Source of the DNA: Nemertoderma westbladi
Lineage: Eukaryota; Animalia; Xenacoelomorpha
Assembly: GCA_032718475.1 (NCBI GenBank)
Contig: JAUCBJ010003342.1
Span: 1 to 64,000 of the forward strand
Direction of reading: 5' to 3'
DNA: 64,000 nucleotides
Position 1 is the first letter of the stretch. Every line of letters starts with the position of its first letter. Below, in pieces: positions 1 to 13,040 of the stretch. Both the position numbers and the translations under genes were made by a program. The notes under the pieces were generated by a model. The model worked only from the letters and a program-made list of their open reading frames with translations, made no database searches and was not told the DNA's origin.

Positions 1-314
1 AAAGAACCACGCTGCCAATGGCTGTTCCCATGTCAGCAACCAGCTGCTAGATGTCGTAATATGAATCATCACGGCTAAGCTGTGAAAGGTGGTTTGTGCA
101 TTACAAGTTTTTGTCTTACCATGTCCGCTAAAACACGTATATAGCAGAATGATTTTTATGTCCGTTAAAACACCTGTAAAGGTACCTTGCGGGCGAGGGG
201 AATATATATACAGTCAGAGAACCTTTTTTAGAGTATTCCAGCGCCTGGGGGAAACTGGATTGCGAAGCAAAGGGGCCAGTTATATCCCACAGAAGCTTTT
301 ACAACTCTTCTAAA

Positions 315-476
315 CTAAGCCCTTGGGACGGACAGTGGAGTGGCTCGCGGTTATCGTTGTCGTTGTGTAGCTACATCGTTGGCGAAAAACACAGCGACGA
401 CGGTACATCGGCGCTGAGGACCTTGCACTGTCCGGGGGCCGTGAGGGGTAGGCAGCGACACCCGCTAGCCTAATTA
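315..476 (+). ncRNA. Putative structured RNA element, copy 1 (function unknown)
   Basis: Homologous to 22651-22815 while the flanks diverge. Nested stems CGGACAGTG/CACTGTCCG and GTTGTCGTTGTGT/ACACAGCGACGAC, plus a 3' pseudoknot candidate GGGT/ACCC + TAGGC/GCCTA. Confidence 0.55.
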
Positions 477-668
477 GAAAATACCGGTACCTATTCACAT
501 TCAGCAGTCAGGCGGTATTCCAGTCTGCCAGTATTCGATAACTACAGATTTTGGCTGATTTGCATGCAAAAGTTTTGCACATTTTTGCAAAATTTTTTCT
601 TTTCGGATTTTGCAAATTTTTTCGGATATTTAATTTCCTGAAATTTCTCTAATATTCAACAGTCAGAT

Positions 669-3600
669 ATGCCTACTAAAGCTGAACTCGAAACCGAACT
701 GGAGGTTTTAAGAGAACAGTTGGCTGGTCGTGGTAATCCTGATCCCACCTCAGCTCTTCTACATGCTTTAGTTAAATCACAACGCGATTTGGCTGATTCC
801 TTAGCACAATCCCAAGCCCAAAATGCCCATCAATTTCAACAATTACTTGGTCAACCACATCAACCTGTAGTTCATCAGGCTGACTCAACCCCTCGTAATC
901 TTCAAATTAAAGCACCAATTGATTTAGAACCGGATTTCAGTTTAGCAAAATTTGAAACTTGGAAGTCGGTTTGGGCAGATTAGAATGGCTAGGGATAGGC
1001 AAATCTGTATTTTCAGGAGTTACCTTTCTATAGGTATGCGCTCTACACTGGAACAAGTTATTGACATTCCTCCTGACACACATGATAATCCTTTAACAGT
1101 TCAGGTGTTAATAGATTGTATTCAAAGTTATTTTCGTGGTAAACGGAATATAGCCCTTGATTGTGTTCAGTTTGATAATAGGAAACAACGTCAAAGTGAA
1201 AATTTTGATAGCTACCTGGTTGCTATTAAAGATCTTGCTCGAGATGCTGATCTATGTCGTCATTGTTTCGATCGGCGGTTGACTACTCGAATTATGTCTG
1301 GTATTTCTTGCGAGGACACCAGATCTAAACTTCTTGCATTGACTCCATTTCCTTCGCTTGAAGATGCTGTAAATCTTTGTAGGTCTGAGGAATCAGCCCA
1401 AGCTGGAGTTCAGGATTTAAAAAACCCTTCAATCAACCAAGCTTCTCGACAATCTCGTTTTCACAACAAAAAGCCTTATAATTCCAGGCGCAACAATTCT
1501 TCTAAATCCAAATCCAGAAACAATTCTTCAACTACTGGCCCTATAGTTTGTTATGGTTGTGGTAAAACAGACCATAAACGCGCTGACTGTCCAGCAAGGA
1601 ACAAAGATTGTTCTTATTGTGGCAAGGAAGGCCACTTTGCCAATGTTTGTCGGTCTAAACAAAATAATTCGAATTCATCTTCAAAACCTAAGACAAAACC
1701 CATTAGCCGCATCACCCTCAATTTGGTTGGAAGCCATAATCGTCAAGCTCCGAAAGTATTTCTGAACTTCTGTCATATTGCAACAGGACATTTATTCGGT
1801 TCTCTCAAAGCAACTCCAGATACTGGTGCTGAGGCCACTGTTGCCGGCTTAGATTTTCTTCAGGCCCTTTCTATTGACAAAGAAAATTTACTTCCACCAG
1901 ACCATGATGATCTTTCTGCTGCTAATGGTAGTCTTCTTTCATGCATTGGTCTCCTCCACACCACAATTTCCTATGGTGAATATTCAACTGATGAGCTTAT
2001 CTGCATTTGTGAAGAAGTCGATGGAATTCTTTTGGCATGGTATACTTGTCAAAACCTAGGAATTATTTCAAGTTCATATCCAGAACCAGTGGCAGAAATT
2101 CAGTCTGTTGCTTCTTCTAATTCTTCTAATATGTCACCTATTGGTATTAAAAACTCAATTCCAACAACATCATTCAAGGTTGACTTCCATCTTTCTGATG
2201 AACCTTCGCCTTCAGAATGGGATACTGTTAAGCAGAAACTCATAAAGGCTTATTCTGATGTTTTTGACCAAGATGACAAACTTCGTCCAATGAATGGCCC
2301 ACCCATGACCATTTCATTAAAAGATGATGCCCAACCATATGCTATTCATACAGCCAGGCAACTTCCTTTAGCCATTAGAGACTGGGCTAAAGCTCGCTTA
2401 GAGAAAATGGTTGAACAAGGTATTATTTGTCCAGTTCTGGATAACGAACCAACTGATTGGGTCCATCCTTCCGATATCACTTCCGATATCACTTCTGATA
2501 TCACTTCCAATATCAATTCCGATATCACTTCCGATATCACTTCCAATATCACTTCTGATATCACTTCCGATATCACTTCTGATATCACTTCCGATATCAT
2601 TTCCAATATCACTTCCGATATCACTTCCGATATCACTTCTGATATCACTTCCGATATCATTTCCAATATCACTTCCGATATCACTTCTGATATCACTTCC
2701 GATATCATTTCCGATATCACTTCCGATATCACTTCTGATATCACTTCTGATATCATTTCCGATATCACTTCCGATATCACTTCCGATATCACTTCCGATA
2801 TCACTTCTGATATCACTTCCGATATCACTTCTGATATCACTTCTGATATCACTTCCGATATCATTTCCGATATCACTTCCGATATCACTTCCGATATCGA
2901 TTCGATTCCAGACGCACTTTCCCGTGCCCCTGTTTCGGATCCTACTCCAGAGGATATTCTTTGTGATACAGATGTCAATGACCATGTTTCCGCAGTCATT
3001 CGTCACATGTCTACCTCAATTGTTGTCTCTGATGCTCCAAGTCATCTCAAGGATTCATATATTGAGTCTATCCGATCATCTGCAAAGGATGATATTTCTT
3101 ACATGGCTTTGGTGGATGCTGTTATTTCTGGATTTCCCTCAACATCCACACAATGTTCTGTGCACATACGCCCATTCTGGAATGTGCGACATCAGTTATC
3201 TTGTGAAGATAATCTTCTTTTATTAGGTTCCCGGATTGTAATTCCATCTTCCCTCCGCAAGGATGTCCTGAAGCACCTTCATGATGCTCATCAGGGCATT
3301 GAACGTTCTAAGAGGAGAGCTAGGCAAACTGTATTCTGGCCTGGTATCAATAGCGATATTACAAACATAGTCAATTCTTGTCCCCAGTGTCAACTTTATC
3401 AACCAAGTTTACCTAAAGAGTCTCTCCAAAGCGACCCTCATCCATGTCTTCCAATGGAGGATTGCTCTGCTGATCTTTTCTACTTCAGCACCTGGTCATA
3501 CCTGGTTTATGTCGATAGATATTCTGGGTGGCCATACGTTCATTCTTGGCGTGCCGATCCTTCCAGCTCTCAAGTTATTTCAGCTCTTCGAGGATGGTTC

Positions 3601-4290
3601 AAAGATTTCGGTATTCCAAAACGCCTTCGTTCTGATGGTGGTACACAATTTAATTCAGCACGTTATCATGATTTCTTATCCGAATGGAATATCATCCCTG
3701 AGTATTCTACTCCTGAGTATCCTCAGTCTAATGGCCATGCAGAGGGGGCTGTAAAGGCCATGAAATCATTGATAAAAAAGTTAGATGTCAAAGGAGATCT
3801 AAACTCTACTTGCTTTGTTCGTGGTTTGCTGGAATGGAGAAATACTCCTAAAGAACATGGTATGTCTCCAGCTCAACTGTTGTTCGGTAGATCCCTCCGT
3901 TCTACTATACCAGCTCATTCGTCCACACTGGCAGGTGATTCATTCCCTATCCCTGGTCCTTCAACGTCTTCAGCAACTGAATCCTATTATAATGATCATG
4001 CTCACGACTTAACCCCGATTCCTATTGGTTCCCGAGTTTGCATCCAGAGTGCACATTCCAAACTATGGAACAAATCTGGTATCGTCCTTTCCCGTGGTAC
4101 TAGGCAAGATTACCGGATAGAACTAGACAATGGTCGGGTGTATTGGAGAAATCGTCGTTATCTACGTTCCATCCCAGATGACTCTTCTCTTCGTGATATA
4201 ACGCCTCAAAAACATGTACAGTTCGCTGATGATCTTCCCAGGCGCAGTTCGAGAACTCACAAGCAACCAGCAAGATTCGGAGTTCAATGA
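669..4290 (+). pseudogene. Gypsy gag-pol: frameshift near 980, RT/RNase H replaced by (SDIT)n
   Basis: Two CCHC knuckles (CYGCGKTDHKRADC, CSYCGKEGHFANVC); protease PDTGAE; RT start TDWVHP; RNase H end DALSRAP; integrase HDAHQG...CPQC, ADLF, SDGG, SNGHAE. Confidence 0.9.
2470..2898. repeat. 12-bp tandem repeat (TCCGATATCACT), ~36 copies
   Basis: Read directly; encodes SDIT in the pol frame. Confidence 0.97.
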
Positions 4291-4360
4291 ACTGACCTAT
4301 TGGTGGTGGTTGGATTTTTTTTTTCAGTACAAATGTCTCCTACATTGTTCTTGGGGGAGA

Positions 4361-4661
4361 TGTTAGATTATGTATTGTTAGGGCTCTAGTAGACCCTGGC
4401 TTGGTGGTGGTTAGATCCAACCTACTGGTCTTTTAGCTACCGGTCCTCTTCTGGTATTCCGGTATTCAGTCTTTCCTATCTTCTAGGTCTGTAGGTACAG
4501 TAACCGTTACCGGTACCTACGGTACTGCTGTACTGATGTGCTTTAAGGTGGTGGGTGTGTTCGTTGGTCTGTTGGTTCATATTATTGTTTGATATGCTGT
4601 TCTGTATGTCGACCATTAATAAACTGATGCAGCTGGTATTCATTTATTTCCGATCCCAATA
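4361..4661 (+). repeat. Gypsy 3' LTR (~300 bp)
   Basis: Starts TGTT after the PPT, AATAAA near 4618, ends CCCAATA (probably decayed AACA). The following AGTAGTATACCG matches 40651 onward. Confidence 0.75.
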
Positions 4662-5216
4662 AGTAGTATACCGCTTACCAGATCCTAGTAACGATGTATC
4701 TTACTGTAAGACTCTAGTAATGAAACGGGCTCGTACAGTATCTGACAACAAATCCCAGTCCAGGATATCTAAACAAACAGATACAATACACAAACTACTA
4801 CTGGCGAGGAGCAGAGCCTGGTGTCTATTCTATGTACGTGAGCGGGTCTAATGCCTACGAACTAGACAAAAGGATACCTGTCCTCTAACCGGTATGGCAG
4901 ATGTACAGTTACAGTAACAGACCAAACTCACGGGAAAACAATCCCCGCGCAGCGAATCCTAACTATCGCTGACAGTCCTAAATACAGTAACTTGCCGCAG
5001 TGTGATTTATATGGTTTATATACGAGCTAGGTGGGTTACGGACCTAGCGTAACAATACTGATCTCCCTGTCTGAATCAGTCTAAAAGGGGTCGTGCCTAA
5101 TGTAACAATACTGATCCCCCTGTACGAAATCAGTCTAAAAAGGGTCGTACCTAATGTAACAATACTGCTGCTCTAGGCAAACAACAGTTAATAACGAAAA
5201 TGAAATACTCCCTTGC

Positions 5217-6132
5217 CGTTGTCACAAGGAAATCAGCCCCCCCTAGAATATGCCCCCCGGGGCATTATTTCCTAGGATATTATGTCCCCCCGGGCAATTT
5301 TTCCTAGGAAATTTAGCCCGGGGGGGCATTTTCTCCTTAGGAAATAATGCCTCCCCTCAGGAAAATTAGCCCCCCTCAAAACTCAGAAAACTGGTACGAT
5401 ACCGGTCTGCTGGTAGCCACTTTTAATCTACCAACTGCAGAACTTGTAATAGTTGGAAGAATAGTACGGTACCGGTCTGCCGGTAGGTAAGCAGGTAAGG
5501 TAGTAAGGGATGTAGAACAGCATACTGAAGTATCTAAGTCAGTAGGCTACTGTAGTAAGTACTGGTATAGCAGCAGTGCGAGTGTGTGGTGTTGTGTGGG
5601 CGCCGAGCAGCTCCAAGCTTTTTTAAGTCTGTAACCTGCTCCTTTCCCTGATTTGGTAAAGTGATTGTTTATTATTTTGGTTAGAAAATCCCGCCTCTGT
5701 AACCTGCTCCTTTCTCTCAATTGGTAATGTTATCGTTTATTGTTTTGGTTAGAAAATCCCGTCTCTGTAACCTGCTCCTTTCCCTGATTTGCTAAAGTGA
5801 CTGTTTATTGTTTTGGTTAGAAAATCCCGCCTCTGTAACCTGCTCCTTTCCCTCAATTAGTTAAATGATCGTTTATTGTTTTGGTTAGAAAGGCATGCCT
5901 CTGTAACCTGCTCCTTTCCTTCATTTGGTAAAGTGACTGTTTATTGTTTTGTATAATTTTTGTAAGTTTTAGTAGTAATAAGTTTTGTTTATTGTATAAT
6001 TCAGGGGGGGGGCATAATTTCCTAAGGGGGGCATTTTTTCCTAGGGAAATTTGCCCGGGGGGGCATTTTTTCCTAGGAAAATATGCCCCCCAGGGCACAT
6101 TTCCCGGGGGGGCATATTTTCCTGTTACACCG
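5217..6132. mobile_element. Non-autonomous DNA transposon (MITE) with imperfect TIRs
   Basis: Ends CGTTGTCACAAGGAAAT.../...ATTTTCCTGTTACACCG; subterminal CCTAGG and CCCCGGG motifs; internal ~66-bp repeats at 5630-5950; absent from the paralogous LTR near 41150. Confidence 0.85.
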
Positions 6133-6173
6133 TAACTAAATATCAGATCCTAATTTTACAAACTTACCAAAAG

Positions 6174-7108
6174 TGTACTGGTCAGTACCTTATTTCATAT
6201 AATTGACTGCGCAACATATTAATTTTACACATACAGAATATATTGCATTCCGTTCTGCAGTTGCTTACCATTGTTATACTTATCAGAGGGAGAAATGTTT
6301 ATTGGCCAGTTGATTCAAAACGCTAATAGGATATGAGGTTGTTATATTGCTAGGCTGTAGGCTACAGTGAACATGTGTTTGCTTAGTTAAGAGTCGTAGC
6401 GTATTCTGATTGGTTAGTTAGTTTATATTTCCCTATTGTAATAATTGTAGATGCCATATAGTTGATTATACGCGGTATATAAACCCGAGAAATATTGCAA
6501 TATGCAGTGTGTGTAGCATTCTTCTAATATTTTACAGTACCTGCAGTTTTGTCTGTGATGTGAGCAATATTTAGATTATATTTTACTCGGTGTGCCTGGA
6601 CTACTTATGTGATTTAATGTGTTGTAGTGTACAAGTACTCGATATTTCGTGAATATTTTATTGTGCATTGCGTTTGATAACTGCAACTACAAACAGGATT
6701 AAAGCCGTTGGGACCAGTTTCAATAATCGTAGCGTTACCCTATTAGAGCTGTAAGTATATCCTTATATTAATTCTATATTAGACGTTATTCAATATAATA
6801 TTACTATTCATGTTATATTTATGTACATTCAACCACGTTTTCAGCCGCCATTAGTTATCCAGCCCGTGTCCCTAGTATCACTTTATCTAAATGTCCCCAC
6901 ATCAAAGATAGACCGCTATATTTCCCTTTCTGATCCCGTTGTTGTCTTAAGTCACTGCCACACTCAACCCGACTCAACTCTACCCTATACCCCAAACACA
7001 CATTTATTGTCAGACCAGTCCGAGTCTTTGTGCTTCACCCTAAGCTACCATTTTATATCTTACTTACTTACTGGTAGCTACAATAGTGGGTCGCCACTAT
7101 TGGCTACA
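6174..7108 (+). mobile_element. Solo LTR (935 bp) with 5-bp TSD AAAAG
   Basis: TGTA...TACA flanked by AAAAG (6169-6173, 7109-7113). The paralogous LTR near 41190 has a single AAAAG (empty site). Strand inferred from TATA/ATTAAA placement only. Confidence 0.9.
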
Positions 7109-8434
7109 AAAAGTAAGATAAATACATTCTGCCTAAAGTAATCTAAAGTGCACTACTGTATCTAGTAGAACTCTAAGGGTAAATATGTTTTAGGGCGTGT
7201 GTGTGTGTGTTACAATAAAACAATTTTGGTGTATATCATTTACTAGGTTTTAGTAATTCTCTGACCGAAACAATACCGTGCGCTAGCTACTAAAATAAGC
7301 TAGTCGCGTTTTGTAGAACTTTATACTTACAAATGACGTCAAAGCTCTCTCCTTCCTATCCACATCTCAACTGGGCAACCACGGTGTTAGTAACTACACC
7401 CGTGATCGGCACAAATACCAGATTCTGGTTGTAAGATAAGAAATAGGGATTAATTGCTACCGTATGTTAGCTGATCTGGTATACAAATTTGATTCTAGAA
7501 CTTTGTTGCTGCGGTAGTTAGCAGCAAATACCTATCAGTACGTGGCTAGGCGCGGTAGGATATTAATAAACCTCCCTAGGCCAAGCGGTGTGCCGTTAGC
7601 AGAAATACTCCTTGCCTGATCAAATAACTAACTTCAGGCAGGGGGGGGGGGGGGGGGGGGGGGTACTAATGTATATTCTACAAAGCGAACCGGTATACCA
7701 AATGGTCAGTACTGCGAATCACTAAATTATGGAACATATGCTGTCTGTACCTAATATGTACTCGCGTACTGACGGACGGCAATAATTCGCACCTGCGAGG
7801 TATACAGGTAACCCAGGGATTCGTACTACTGAAAGGGGGGGTTCTGCCTAGAATATAGTTATTTGATCCTAAATTTGCAGCGTCCCAGGACGGCGTCACG
7901 CTTACCCTGATCTATAGGTCTTACGTCGGGCAAGGGCGTCAAACAAAGTCTTACCTTCCTCATAAAGCGGGCGCTGCATAGCAAGGCGGAGTATTTCGAA
8001 GGGCGAAGGGGGTGCGCGGTCTAAGCTAATGTGGGCGCTAGCGTGTTGTGGACATATTTTCCCTGCGTTGCTGACAGCCTAACGGTCTAGGCGGCCATCT
8101 TCCCAATGCTTGGTTGTCCCAAAGTTGGACGTTCAGAAAAGTGCATGTTCAGAAGTTTTATAGTATATTTACAGTTTACAAAACTTTATCAAACAGAATT
8201 GCCAAATAGTTTCAACAAGAAACATGTAAAAGTCTGAAGTAACAAGTTAAACCAAGTGGAATAAGGAAGTTAACTAAGTTTTAACGAAGTAAGAAGTGAT
8301 AACCGAAGGCAAACCAGCCCTTTATATACTAAATGCCCTATGATTGGCCCAACTAATGGTTCCATGTGTTGTACGCACCTCATTGGTTTATCAATTTGTA
8401 TCAAATGAAAATAAATTGCCCCAAAATGCAAATT

Positions 8435-8505
8435 TCCCGACTGGGATTCGAACTCGTAACCTATATGTAATGCAACCAACGCCTTAACCATCTGACCACT
8501 ACGCC
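8435..8505 (-). other. Degenerate tRNA-like / Pol III A-B box sequence in the BEL-A 3' LTR
   Basis: Minus strand reads GGCGTAGTGGTCAGATGGTTAAGGCG...GAGTTCGAATCCC; acceptor stem does not pair. Confidence 0.6.
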
Positions 8506-9308
8506 ACGAGATTAACTACGGGTTTTATGTGTACTAATAAGAATAGGCATTTTACATTACTGTAACTTAATCAAAATGCGTCGGATTTTCGAAAGTTTTA
8601 ACGTTTATACTAGAAATGCTATCCTATAGTGAAATAATTCATCACCGCTCCATGAAAACAGTAAGTAAGACTGTTTTCACCAATCGAAATACAAACTATT
8701 TACAAATACTTCTAAATCTACTGGTGGGGCCTAAAATATAAAATAATCACTATCTAATTATTGCATACTTAATATTGCAGGTATGACATAAATACAATCC
8801 ATCATACATACAAAATACAAATTTACCAATCAACTTTAGTGCATAAAATACAAAAAAGGCTTTCGGTTATCAAGATAAACAAATTAAACGAATCAGAACA
8901 AAATAAATCAAAACAAATCGAACAAATAATTTCAAATCTTTCAATAAGTTTAATATATTGTAAAAAAAACATAATAAATTCACTAAATTAAATCAGTCCA
9001 AATATAAAATAAACATAATGCGCTAATAATCTTTCAAATAAGTCTTAAAGTGTCCCCCTGACGATCTGAAAAGTTCGTCCTGCTGGTCTGGATATCTTCT
9101 CCTGAGCACTAATTGCTAACGGTAGGCTCGCAAGCCTTCCTTCTCTATCTCGCTCCTCCAAAACCAACGTCCGATATAAAATCCCAAATATAATATCTAA
9201 ATATAAATGTCCAAATATAATATCCCAAATATAAACATCCAAATATAAAATGTCCAATATAATATCCCAAATCGGTAGGCTCGCAAGCCTTCCTTTCTTC
9301 TCGCTTTC

Positions 9309-9967
9309 CTATTCCTTGGCCGAACGGGCTCGTCCACGCCCTCTAGTACGACTGGGTGGTGGTCGAGGTCGAACTGGACTCGGACTTCGGTGTCGAGTTG
9401 TCGGTGGTTCCAAAACGCTAGGAAAGGGGACGACGGGAGTTTCGCACATCCGTCGTGCGCTCAGTCCTCTAAATCCTCATCCGATTCCAATCGTCGACTT
9501 AACATCGGATCGAGTTTCTATAACGCTGGGAGGAAGTCGAAAGGGTGGGACTGTTCCGTCCGTTGACACCTTGCTCACTGACGTCGTTTGAATCCTAATG
9601 GGTTCCGGCAAAGCGTATCCTGTCCCTCCGTGTGGTTCTCTAGCAAGGGAAACCGTGCCCCGAGTCATCCGGATTTATGACTTCGATGTCGTCCTCTCGG
9701 CGACATTTACTACTTTCTTTATCTCTTGTCCGGCCTTTTGGGCTCTAAGTATACGAAGTTGCGGATCATCCTGTGGGTGACGCATCTTTTCAGCTAACGG
9801 CGTGGCTTTGAAGCCAGTCTCACGCAAAACGTTGGTCTTGTCTAGAATACACGAGGTTACGCGTTTGTGATAAAATGCGCTCCTGTATGCCCAAGCTATC
9901 GAATGCCAGGCTCCTCGATTCCGCTGTTCAACTCGCAATTTGTCGAATTCCCCGGCGGTAATCTTGT
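9309..9967 (-). pseudogene. C-terminal part of the BEL-A accessory ORF2, split off by the BEL-B insertion
   Basis: Joins in frame across the TSD: WNFQTVV-NK-ITAGEFDKL. Two internal stops (9675, 9477). Ends RHRSPSPVRPRPPPSRTRGRGRARSAKE*. Confidence 0.8.
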
Positions 9968-11139
9968 TGTAAAAGCTTTTGCGGATATAACCAGTCATTT
10001 TTCTCCGCAATGAACTGTTTAGTTGTTTTAGCGGACATAACAAGCCATTTTCTCCACAATGTACCCTGTAGGTGTTTTAGCAGACATAACAAGCCATTTT
10101 ATGCCGCAATACGCCAAATACTCTAAATAGAGTGTAGTTCAGATGACGAAATCTGTCAGCTGATTTACTGTCGATGTGGAACTTTCTTTGTTCGGCTCGC
10201 TCGACCAATCAGAGCGATTTTCATTTTATTTTGCACAGAGGCCTACGGAAAACCACGCAATGCATGACGGTCTTTGTTTACCTTTCTGAGCGAGAACAAC
10301 TGCTTGGAAATTATTCTGTGCTTCTGTGTTAGAAGTTTCAGACTTTGGCCAACATTAGACGGCTTTGATTATAAAAACGTAAATCTATTAACTGGCCGGG
10401 ATCTCTGCATCACCTGGCAAACCAAACTCTGCATTCACGCAATCCTATTCACCACATTATTTTACTGCTATTTACTGTCGGTTATTAATTGTACATGTTG
10501 ATGGATATGTTGTTATATTTGGAGAATATCGATAAATAATCATAAAACCCCAATCTTCTTGATTACTAAAGGTTAGAGAGACCGGTTACTGGTAGCAATT
10601 GCGACTTACATTACAGTGGTTTTATTAAATGCTATTTCATAATCCCTACATGTGTCAGTTGCTATCCTCCTTATATATGATCAAATTCAGTGACGGTCGG
10701 CAGATCAGTGTGCAGCAGTGTGCAGCAGTGTGAAGTCGTATGCAGCAGTGTGACAGATAATAAAGCATCTCCTAAAGAATGCGCCATTTACTAAAATCAA
10801 TAGCCATCTCGTTGTGTTTAGTATAAGTCATAACTCTGTTTTATACTTAAAGCGCCACGTCCTAAAGGAACTGTTAATATTTCCTCGAAAGTGAATAATA
10901 TTGTCAGAGATTATATAGTAACTATCAATCGAATAATACCGTAGGTCTGCACCGCAATCCCTTCAAAGCATCCGAATCCAGTCTCCCTTAACCGTGGGTG
11001 AATGATCGCGCATGTTACTTCATGTTACTAATGTTACTTCATGTGCATTAAATAATTATTATAGGCTAAAGTCGATTTATAAACAAGAGGATACCTAAAA
11101 TTGGCAGGTTAAACTGCTAAAGGTCTGAAAGCGTGAACA
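9968..11139 (+). repeat. BEL-B 5' LTR
   Basis: Near-identical to 27035-28202. Confidence 0.96.
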
Positions 11140-13040
11140 ATAATAGATTTTTTGTTTTGATTGCACGTAGGCAATAAATTCGACTGTACCGGTCGGACGG
11201 TAACCTGTAGGCCTAACTACCTAACCACCCGAACCGGTACTTACCGGTACCAGTATTATTTCGATTGTGATATTGTATATTGGTAGGCTGTTTAAGAGAT
11301 TAGGGACTGTATACCCCTTGTTTCTTTTAGAGCTTATTTATTTCTGTCAGTTTTATTTATTTGTAAGTGTAATATTGAGCAGAAGGCGTGTAAGCCCACT
11401 CAAATTGTACAAATAATTTGTAGGCTGGATTGTTGTCTGACTGTTGTTGAGTCTGAAGAGATTGCAGTGTGTGTAGAGTGTATGTCCGATAAAGTACTAG
11501 TTAGGAAGATGGGGGCATCCAGTGCTGTAAGGTAAAACCCCCCCCGAAAGAATAAGTTGTACTACTCAGTTAGAACGCATACTAACTAACAATTTCGGAG
11601 TCTGCATATACTGTAGTTTATTTAGGCTTGATAGTGGTCTGCCAGCGTTTGGTTTGTATTTTGTTTGTGTAGTCTGTACGGGTAGCGTATTTATTTATTA
11701 GTCAGAGTATATGCAAGTATTCGCAACATACATAACTCCCCAAGTTTATTCCTACAGTAATTGTGCTTGTTATACATACCGTTATAGTTAAATTAACCCC
11801 GGTACTACATCAGGGCTGCTTGGCGTAGGTAAAGACTGGTGATTTTATGCTCTAGTCACTCCAGCAGATACCGTGGTTCTTTTAGCTGTACAAGTATTTT
11901 TAACTGCTGGTTATTTGTTGTATAAGTACTTGTACCTAATTTAGGGTTTAGTGTACATTACTTTCCGAAGGTAATTAGTGTGTAGGCAGTATATTTGTGT
12001 TGTAAAGTGGTTAATAGGCACGTTAGCTCTGGTTGGCTGCGGTAATTAACTTCTAGGTAAGAACACTCCGGGTACATAACGTAGTACTTATAGAGCTGTA
12101 CAGCTAAAGACTATAAGTCGTCAGACGGTGGTATTTTCTTATCTGGACAATACAATTTATTTACTACTGCTTAATTATTTTCAAATACCGTAGTATCCTG
12201 TCCGTTGTAATAACCAGAAATTCTAACCCCTTGTTAGGCTGGTTTGTAGATTTCCTGTAAAATTACCCTAAAATTTGTACGTATAATTTTTGTGTTTATT
12301 TAGAGATTATAATCTCACCCAGTAATTGTACGTAATTTGTAGTAATAAGTAACTTAGTCAAGTAGAATTATTTGTTTTAGTGTCCAACAAGTAGCACTTC
12401 ACTGAGAGCATTCAGCTTCGGTGTAGTGACTCCTTACCAGAAATAATAACATTTATTTCAAATATTGTGAAAAACCCATTATAAGGGTATATATATATTA
12501 TAAATCAACTCAAACCGATTTATAAAATAGTAGGCCTGTCATACATCAATTAGGTCTTAATATCAGTTGGACTACTGCGTAATAACAGTAATAAAGTAAA
12601 GAAAGGTAACCCTAAAATTCAGAAATTCAGTTATTATAAAATAATTGACATACCAGTATTTACTATAGGCTTATTATATTTATTTAAATAAATTTATGCT
12701 GAAATTATATACCGGTATTCTGTAATTAATTCTAGGCTATAATTATACTTATATATACTATAAGTGTAAGCCGTATACCGGTATTCACGGTAGGCTTATT
12801 ATATATTTATATATATTTATGCTGAAATTATATACCGGTATTCTGTGACAAACCCTAGTCTGTAATAATACTTATATATATACTATAAGTGTATACCGGT
12901 ATTCTAATATATTATATATATATCGCGTTACATTGAGTAATGATATCGGTAATTAATTACTAGGCTAACAGTTGATACTGAATTACTAGACTTGCTTTAA
13001 CTGTCATTATAGTAGTAGGCATTCAACTGTACAATCAAAC

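Larger units (their letters stand above)
669..4661 (+). mobile_element. Ty3/Gypsy (Mag-like) LTR retrotransposon, defective; 5' LTR not in window
   Basis: Gag-PR-(RT/RH missing)-IN order; PPT GGGGGAGA at 4353-4360 followed by TGTT. Sequence after 4661 resumes the BEL-A LTR. Confidence 0.9.
4662..8644 (-). repeat. BEL-A 3' LTR, cut at 4662 by the Gypsy element and carrying two insertions
   Basis: Near-identical to 40651-42780 once 5217-6132 and 6174-7113 are removed. Begins TGATGAATT on the minus strand right after PPT GGAGCGG (8645-8651). Confidence 0.9.

Noticed and set aside
440-476. Group II intron domain V/VI-like end (bulged A, terminal AT)
   Set aside because: No proper 34-nt domain V; the bulged-A hairpin has a mismatch in the second copy, whereas the pseudoknot pairing is kept.
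2346-3226. Alternative-frame ORFs (ISEV, DIGS, ISLP repeats)
   Set aside because: By-products of the stop-free 12-bp repeat.
8435-8505. Functional tRNA gene
   Set aside because: Acceptor and anticodon stems do not pair; kept only as tRNA-like.
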